Source: an uncultured virus (IMG/VR IMGVR_UViG_3300044641_005242) (lineage: Duplodnaviria > Heunggongvirae > Uroviricota > Caudoviricetes). From it: a stretch of 64,000 bases of DNA. Numbering within the stretch: position 1 is the first letter of the stretch; the number at the start of each line of letters is the position of its first letter. The stretch spans positions 1-64,000 of IMG/VR virus record IMGVR_UViG_3300044641_005242, one strand, 5' to 3'. The translations under genes and the position numbers were made by a program. Of the stretch, positions 58,741 to 64,000 are shown one piece after another. The notes below the pieces were generated by a model. The model ran no database searches. It saw nothing but the letters and a program-made list of their open reading frames with translations, and had not been told where the DNA came from.

Positions 58741-59481
58741 ATGAAAAAAATATTATTAATTTTATTAAGTTCACTTTCACTTCTTGCAAATAACGTTATG
58801 TTATATGATTTCGGTGGTAGTGTGGGTGTATCAGAAGTTGTTGACAATAAGTTAAATGATAAGGTTGCTGTATCAGGTATAACATTTTCATTGACCAACG
58901 GTTTGAGTATAAAGACCGAAACAAATGGTGTGGTGAGTTATATGGTACCACATCGTATTGCTTTTACACAATCAGAAGGTAGTGCTGTTTATTTTAATGG
59001 TGACGTTATTACATATGCTAGTGATTCTAGTGTACCACATGTAGTTAAAGTAAAAGATGCATCGTTTAGCTTTTCTTTGTTGGGTCAGTTGTATGTGGTA
59101 TCTGAATCAGACAAATCAAGTACTATTGGTACAGGTGTAGGAAATATTGCGTATGATAAGGCTAAACTATTCATTAAGGCTGGTGAAAAGTATACCCATG
59201 TATATGTTGTGGAAGGCAAGGCTATCGTTTATGATAACAAGTCTAAAAAGAAGAAGGATTTGAAAGAGGGAGACTATTTGGTTATTACTCCACACGTAGC
59301 ATTAAGTCCAAGAGAAAGTACAATTAGTACATCTGGCAATTCATTTAGTGTTAAGGAAGTGGAAGATGAAGAAAAACAAGTACACATCAAAGAGATTGAA
59401 AACCTTGAACGTAAATTAAAGGATACAATCTTTATTAATTATAAATCAAATATTTTTGGTGTTAAGTTAGGGTTGCCATAA
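58741..59481 (+). CDS. Secreted beta-rich protein, FecR-like
   Basis: Signal peptide MKKILLILLSSLSLLA; THVYVVEGKA...LKEGD. Confidence 0.5.
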   Translation: MKKILLILLSSLSLLANNVMLYDFGGSVGVSEVVDNKLNDKVAVSGITFSLTNGLSIKTETNGVVSYMVPHRIAFTQSEGSAVYFNGDVITYASDSSVPHVVKVKDASFSFSLLGQLYVVSESDKSSTIGTGVGNIAYDKAKLFIKAGEKYTHVYVVEGKAIVYDNKSKKKKDLKEGDYLVITPHVALSPRESTISTSGNSFSVKEVEDEEKQVHIKEIENLERKLKDTIFINYKSNIFGVKLGLP

Positions 59482-60093
59482 ACCAATACCACCATAGTGT
59501 TCTCTTTCAGATCCCATGTAGTAATGTGCATTAGATCGTTGACAAATTATCTCAGTTTTACTTCCATAGTTTAATTCTTTCCAGAATTGATCTACTTGTA
59601 CATTGGCGGCTTGTTTAAATACGTGATTTGGATCTATATCATGAAATCCAATATAACCTCTGGGACTCAGTAAACTTTTATATAGTTCAAAATCACGTTT
59701 TACACCATCATATGTATGATCTCCATCTATGAATATAAAATCATATGAATCACATATATTTTTAACTTTTTGATATGTTTCTTCTAAATGTGAATTGGCT
59801 TTAATAAAAACAAAATCTTCGTTATACATGTAAAGATGTATATTGAATTGATATTGATCGTCAATATCTACACCCACTTTTTTCCCTGTGGAGAATTTGT
59901 TGAACATATAGAATGTTCCACCTTTACATCCTATTTCAAGTATATTGTGTGGTTTGAATGAATGTAAGAAATATGATAACATTGTAAATTCTTCTTTTAC
60001 CTGTTGAATATAATTTCTGTTGATTATTACAGGAGATAGACAATGCTCTACAACATTTTTAACTTCGTCATTTTTCATAAAACTCTTTGTCAT
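59467..60093 (-). CDS. SAM methyltransferase (Methyltransf_24 / CmcI-like)
   Basis: ILEIGCKGG, YDFIFIDGDHTY, GFHDI; start is 60093 or 60078. Confidence 0.85.
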   Translation of the reverse strand: MTKSFMKNDEVKNVVEHCLSPVIINRNYIQQVKEEFTMLSYFLHSFKPHNILEIGCKGGTFYMFNKFSTGKKVGVDIDDQYQFNIHLYMYNEDFVFIKANSHLEETYQKVKNICDSYDFIFIDGDHTYDGVKRDFELYKSLLSPRGYIGFHDIDPNHVFKQAANVQVDQFWKELNYGSKTEIICQRSNAHYYMGSEREHYGGIGLWQP

Positions 60094-60106
60094 ATATATA
60101 GAGGTT

Positions 60107-60337
60107 ATGACGATAGACCAATTAAAATCTTTGACTGAAGATGAATTATCAATGTTGTGGTTTTGTATAAATAAAGTAAATCCCCCAATATTAAAAGAAA
60201 TAGAATTAGAACCTGTATTATTCACATCAATCAACCACAAAAAGTTGATGAATCGGTTGAATCAGTGTAAAGTTCACGTTAAAGCCGAACATCAGCAAGT
60301 TTATGATGGACTTATGGGCAAATTGAATGTAAGATAA
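60107..60337 (+). CDS. Hypothetical protein
   Basis: GAGG RBS before ATG 60107; directly upstream of the polymerase. Confidence 0.55.
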   Translation: MTIDQLKSLTEDELSMLWFCINKVNPPILKEIELEPVLFTSINHKKLMNRLNQCKVHVKAEHQQVYDGLMGKLNVR

Positions 60338-60343
60338 CTGGGT

Positions 60344-63004
60344 ATGTATCAGAATATCTTTTTCGATAAAAAAACAAATACCTGTCATCTTTGGGATGAT
60401 AAACAGGGTTATACCAATTTTGTGTTTAGACCATATGCTTATAGAAAACGTAATGGTGGTAAGTATAAGAGTATTTTTGGAGATGAATTGGAGAAGGTTT
60501 ATTCCTTCAATCCAAGAGATCCATCTTTATTTGAATCGGATGTTCCCATCGAAACTCGCATACTTATAGATGCATATGAAGACACCGATGATCTCTCTGT
60601 TGGGCACCGAGTTTTGTACCTTGATATCGAAACTAGCTCGGAAGGTGGCTTTCCGAATGTCGAAACGGCTGATAAAGAAATCACAGCAATCGCCATATAC
60701 GATAGTGCCATTGAAAGATACACAGCATTTATTTTAGATCGGGACAATAAACTTCAAGATTTTTCTCAAGACAACGTTGATGTTCGTAGTTTTACAGATG
60801 AAGAAAGTTTGTTGTCTCACTTTGTTACCAAGTGGGAAGAAATCCAACCAACTATTGTAACTGGTTGGAATAGTGACCAATTCGATATGCCTTATTTGTA
60901 TCGTCGAATGAAGAACATAATTGGTCAATCACAAGCCAAACGTATGAGTCCAATTGGTGTGACTTATATCAATGATTGGAGTAAAAAGCTCGTAATCGCC
61001 GGTGTAACTCATATTGATTATATGGATCTATATAAGAAACTAAATATCAAACAAGAGGCTAGTTATGCTTTAGGAGCTATTGGTAAGAAAGTTGTTGGTA
61101 TGGAGAAGATTGCCTATCGTGGTAGTCTTGATGATTTGTATAAACAAGATATTAACAAGTATCTTGAATATAACTTGAACGACGTTAAAATTATTGTAGC
61201 GTTAGAAAAGAAGAAACAATTTATTGAACTAGCTAGAGCTATTTGTCACAAAGGACACGTACCATACGATTGTTACCCAAAGAGTTCACGATTCATTGAG
61301 GGTGCTATTCTTATGTATTTGCGTCGTAAGGGTCAAGTAGCTAAAAACAAACCCATCGATGGCAATGAAGAATATGAAAGTCAAAAAGAAGACGGAGAAG
61401 AGGGATTTGAAGGTGCATATGTTAAATCTCCTATTCCTGGCCGTTATGATTGGGTGTTTGATTTGGATCTTACATCAATGTATCCGAATATCATCATCTC
61501 ACTTAACATCAGTCCAGAGACTAAAGTAGCTGTTATTGACAAGATTGAATTCGACGAGTCATTTCTAAAAGAAAGACGAGATGAATTGGTTGAAGATTAT
61601 AACAATCTGAGTGATAGTACTCAGAAACAAACACCATTGGATAGTTATATTGAACAACGATTGAATCAATATAATGCGAAGATGTTTACACAAAATCGTA
61701 TCTCCAATTATCACATTGGTGGTAGTGTGTATAGTAATGATAAATTCAAAAAGTTGGTTAATGAGTCTAGACTAAGTATTGCTAGTAATGGTGTATTATA
61801 TCACAAAGATGTTGATGGAGTTATTCCAGAGATTCTAGTGAAGTGGTTCGATGAACGTAAAGAAATGCGTAAATTGGCTAAGAAACATGCGGATGTAAAA
61901 GAATGGGAAATGTATGAGTTTTATGAACAACGTCAAAAAGTACAAAAGGTTCTACTTAATTCAATCTATGGTGTATTGGGGTTACCGATCTTTAGATTTT
62001 ATGACAAGGATAACGCGAGTGCTGTTACCATAACTGGTCAAGATATTATCAAAACAGCCAATAAAGCAATCAATCAGTACTATAAACGTGTACTAAATGA
62101 AAGTGAAAATAATGATCATGTTATTTATGTTGATACCGACTCTTGTTTTGCTAGCGCTTTACCTATCATTCAAAAGACGATGCCAGAGATTGATATCAAC
62201 GATGAAAAAGCAATGACTGATGCTATTCTAAAGGTTTGTGGTGAGGCTCAGTCTCATGTTAACAAAACCTTTGATATTATGGCAGACAGAATGTTTAACA
62301 TTCAGAAACATCGTTTTGATGCAAAACAAGAAGTTATTGCCAAGACTGGTTTTTGGTTGGCTAAGAAACGTTATGCACAATTTATCATTAACAAGGGTGG
62401 TATCGAGTGTGATGAAATGGAAGTAAAAGGTATTGACGTAGTTCGTACATCATTTCCAATTCAGTTTCGTAAGTTCATGGAGAAATTCTTGGATGATATT
62501 CTTCGTAAAACTTCCAAGGAAATCATTGACGAAAATATTTTAAAGTTCTTGGATGATAAGTTGAAGAATTCTCCAGTCATTGAAATTGCTAAGAATACTA
62601 GTGTTAAGTTCAAGAGTGGTGGTGAGTCAAAGACTGATTATAATCCAAAGACTCGTAATAAATTCAAGTATATTAAAGGTACAACAGCTCAGGCAAAAGC
62701 CGCTTTGTTTTACAATGATCTATTGAAACATTGGGAACTTGACAAGGTTGTTCCTCCAATTTTTCATGGACAAAAGATTAAATGGGTATATATTAAACAA
62801 AATGAGTTTGGATGTGAATGTATTGCTATGAAGGCTGATGGTACTGATCCAGATAAGATCATGGACTTCATTAATGTGTATGTAGATAGAAATGCTATGT
62901 ACGAACAAGAACTCAAGGGTAAACTATTGGACTTTTACAATATTTTGAATTGGTCATATCCTAGTCAATCTGACGCTACTCTAGGAGAGTTCTTTAGTTT
63001 TTAA
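60344..63004 (+). CDS. DNA polymerase family B (T4 gp43-like)
   Basis: Exo I DIET, Exo II GWN...FD, Exo III YNLND; DLTSMYP, KVLLNSIYG, YVDTDS, KKRY. Confidence 0.95.
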   Translation: MYQNIFFDKKTNTCHLWDDKQGYTNFVFRPYAYRKRNGGKYKSIFGDELEKVYSFNPRDPSLFESDVPIETRILIDAYEDTDDLSVGHRVLYLDIETSSEGGFPNVETADKEITAIAIYDSAIERYTAFILDRDNKLQDFSQDNVDVRSFTDEESLLSHFVTKWEEIQPTIVTGWNSDQFDMPYLYRRMKNIIGQSQAKRMSPIGVTYINDWSKKLVIAGVTHIDYMDLYKKLNIKQEASYALGAIGKKVVGMEKIAYRGSLDDLYKQDINKYLEYNLNDVKIIVALEKKKQFIELARAICHKGHVPYDCYPKSSRFIEGAILMYLRRKGQVAKNKPIDGNEEYESQKEDGEEGFEGAYVKSPIPGRYDWVFDLDLTSMYPNIIISLNISPETKVAVIDKIEFDESFLKERRDELVEDYNNLSDSTQKQTPLDSYIEQRLNQYNAKMFTQNRISNYHIGGSVYSNDKFKKLVNESRLSIASNGVLYHKDVDGVIPEILVKWFDERKEMRKLAKKHADVKEWEMYEFYEQRQKVQKVLLNSIYGVLGLPIFRFYDKDNASAVTITGQDIIKTANKAINQYYKRVLNESENNDHVIYVDTDSCFASALPIIQKTMPEIDINDEKAMTDAILKVCGEAQSHVNKTFDIMADRMFNIQKHRFDAKQEVIAKTGFWLAKKRYAQFIINKGGIECDEMEVKGIDVVRTSFPIQFRKFMEKFLDDILRKTSKEIIDENILKFLDDKLKNSPVIEIAKNTSVKFKSGGESKTDYNPKTRNKFKYIKGTTAQAKAALFYNDLLKHWELDKVVPPIFHGQKIKWVYIKQNEFGCECIAMKADGTDPDKIMDFINVYVDRNAMYEQELKGKLLDFYNILNWSYPSQSDATLGEFFSF

Positions 63005-63010
63005 ATTGTT

Positions 63011-63421
63011 ATGAAAAAATACGAAGATTTATTAAAAATTCCGATTTCTAATGGAAGATTTCCTTTATATACAAAGGATTCAACATTAATTGCTACAAAA
63101 TATCAACGTGTGGTAATTGGTCAACGAGGCCCTTATGTTGAATTTAGCAAAGATGATATAAACATAAATCAGTTATATATACCAAAAAATCAGTTATATA
63201 GACTAAGCGATCCTAAAGTTTATTACATTGAATTTAGAACAAATGATAAATCCAATATAAAAGTATATTATCAAATGAGAAGCGTGGCATATGCCGATTA
63301 TAGAATTGAATATTTTTATATTTCTCCAGATGACTTATACACAACTTCAGAATCTGGTCTTGAATCATGTATAAAACAGAAGTATATAAGTGTTGTGTCA
63401 GACGAATTTTTCACATATTAA
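63011..63421 (+). CDS. Hypothetical protein
   Basis: ORF directly after the polymerase; RVVIGQRGPYVEF. Confidence 0.6.
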   Translation: MKKYEDLLKIPISNGRFPLYTKDSTLIATKYQRVVIGQRGPYVEFSKDDININQLYIPKNQLYRLSDPKVYYIEFRTNDKSNIKVYYQMRSVAYADYRIEYFYISPDDLYTTSESGLESCIKQKYISVVSDEFFTY

Positions 63422-63422
63422 T

Positions 63423-64000
63423 ATGAATATAGCAATTTTATTGACTGGCAAAATTAGAACATATCATAATACTTTAGAAAACTTACAATTTTTAACTGAA
63501 AATTTAAAAAATCATAACATTTATTTTTTCTGTACAACCAATTTTGAAGAAAATATTGATTTTAATAAATTAAAGTCTGATTATAATTTCAAAATTATGG
63601 ATGTGGAGTCATACAATGATCATACATTGCAGTTTATAAACAACGCTGAAAATTTTATTCAATTTTGTGAGTCGTATAAGAATGATAATTCAGATTATAA
63701 TCGATTTTGTGAGTCGAGTAGAATTGATCGTACTTGGTATCATATGCCCGTAATTTTGCAAAAGTTTCATAAAGGAATGTGTTTGATAGATAGTTTTCAA
63801 ATTAAAAATAAAATCAAATTTGATTTAGTCATTCGTACTAGATGGGATGTGTTATTCAAAACCAATTTTTCAGAAAAAAATATAATTGATAGTTCTAAAT
63901 CAGAAAATTTATTTGTTTATCAAGAATCATACGAAAAATTTATAAATTCAGTAGCTGGTCGTAACAATTCCAATAACACTGAGTATCACAAATATATTGA
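63423..64000 (+). CDS. Putative glycosyltransferase-like protein, 3'-truncated by the window edge; absent from the ORF track
   Basis: MNIAILLTGKIRTY...FDLVIRTRWDV, open to the window end. Confidence 0.55.
   Translation, partial: MNIAILLTGKIRTYHNTLENLQFLTENLKNHNIYFFCTTNFEENIDFNKLKSDYNFKIMDVESYNDHTLQFINNAENFIQFCESYKNDNSDYNRFCESSRIDRTWYHMPVILQKFHKGMCLIDSFQIKNKIKFDLVIRTRWDVLFKTNFSEKNIIDSSKSENLFVYQESYEKFINSVAGRNNSNNTEYHKYI

Noticed and set aside
61530..61740. Intein in PolB (extra segment after motif A)
   Set aside because: No Cys/Ser start, His-Asn end or LAGLIDADG motifs; looks like a short helical insertion.
1172..62908. Many 60-135 aa ORFs antisense or out of frame to the major genes (e.g. 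8193-8600, 30829-31182, 53026-53385)
   Set aside because: They fully overlap well-supported genes, have no motifs or RBS, and look like shadow ORFs.
36510..63004. Known DNA base-substitution pathways (dZ/PurZ, 7-deazaguanine, hmC/hmU synthases)
   Set aside because: No PurZ, QueC/D/E, FolE, DpdA or thymidylate-synthase-like genes are recognisable in this window; they could lie outside it.
63662..63716. 13-nt direct repeat ATTTTGTGAGTCG with a 42-nt period
   Set aside because: In-frame short duplication within a CDS (FCES twice); no array.
1..64000. Alternative genetic code (stop-codon reassignment)
   Set aside because: Conserved genes are full length in the standard code, and TAA, TAG and TGA all end genes at expected positions. 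The only in-frame split (56994) has its own RBS.
1..64000. tRNA or rRNA genes
   Set aside because: Intergenic gaps are short and none shows a cloverleaf or T-loop pattern by eye; tRNAscan-SE would confirm.

Overview
This window is 64 kb of a large, AT-rich, lytic myovirus genome, distantly T4-like in gene content and read in the standard genetic code. From left to right it contains: (1) the end of a Gly-Thr-Ser collagen-like tail-fibre gene, then a contractile-tail module (tail tube, tail assembly chaperone with a probable programmed +1/-2 frameshift, tape measure, baseplate genes) interleaved with nucleotide-handling enzymes; (2) a replication/recombination block (degenerate PolA-like protein, gp32 SSB, RecA/UvsX, 5'-3' exonuclease, DnaB/gp41 helicase, class Ia nrdAB); (3) early/accessory genes (AAA+ with VWA partner, DruA/DUF4338-like protein, UvsE, dNMP kinase); (4) a ~20 kb minus-strand glycan-biosynthesis cluster (about 13 glycosyltransferase-like genes, 6 SAM methyltransferases, a UDP-sugar dehydrogenase and an AsnB-type amidotransferase) with no membrane export machinery; and (5) dUTPase, a Cas4-like exonuclease and a family B DNA polymerase. 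Two promoter classes are visible: sigma70-like TTGACA-N16/17-TAnnnT, and a TATTTAT(A) element just upstream of structural genes. No tRNA, rRNA or CRISPR array was seen. All product calls come from motif recognition by eye; no database searches were run.
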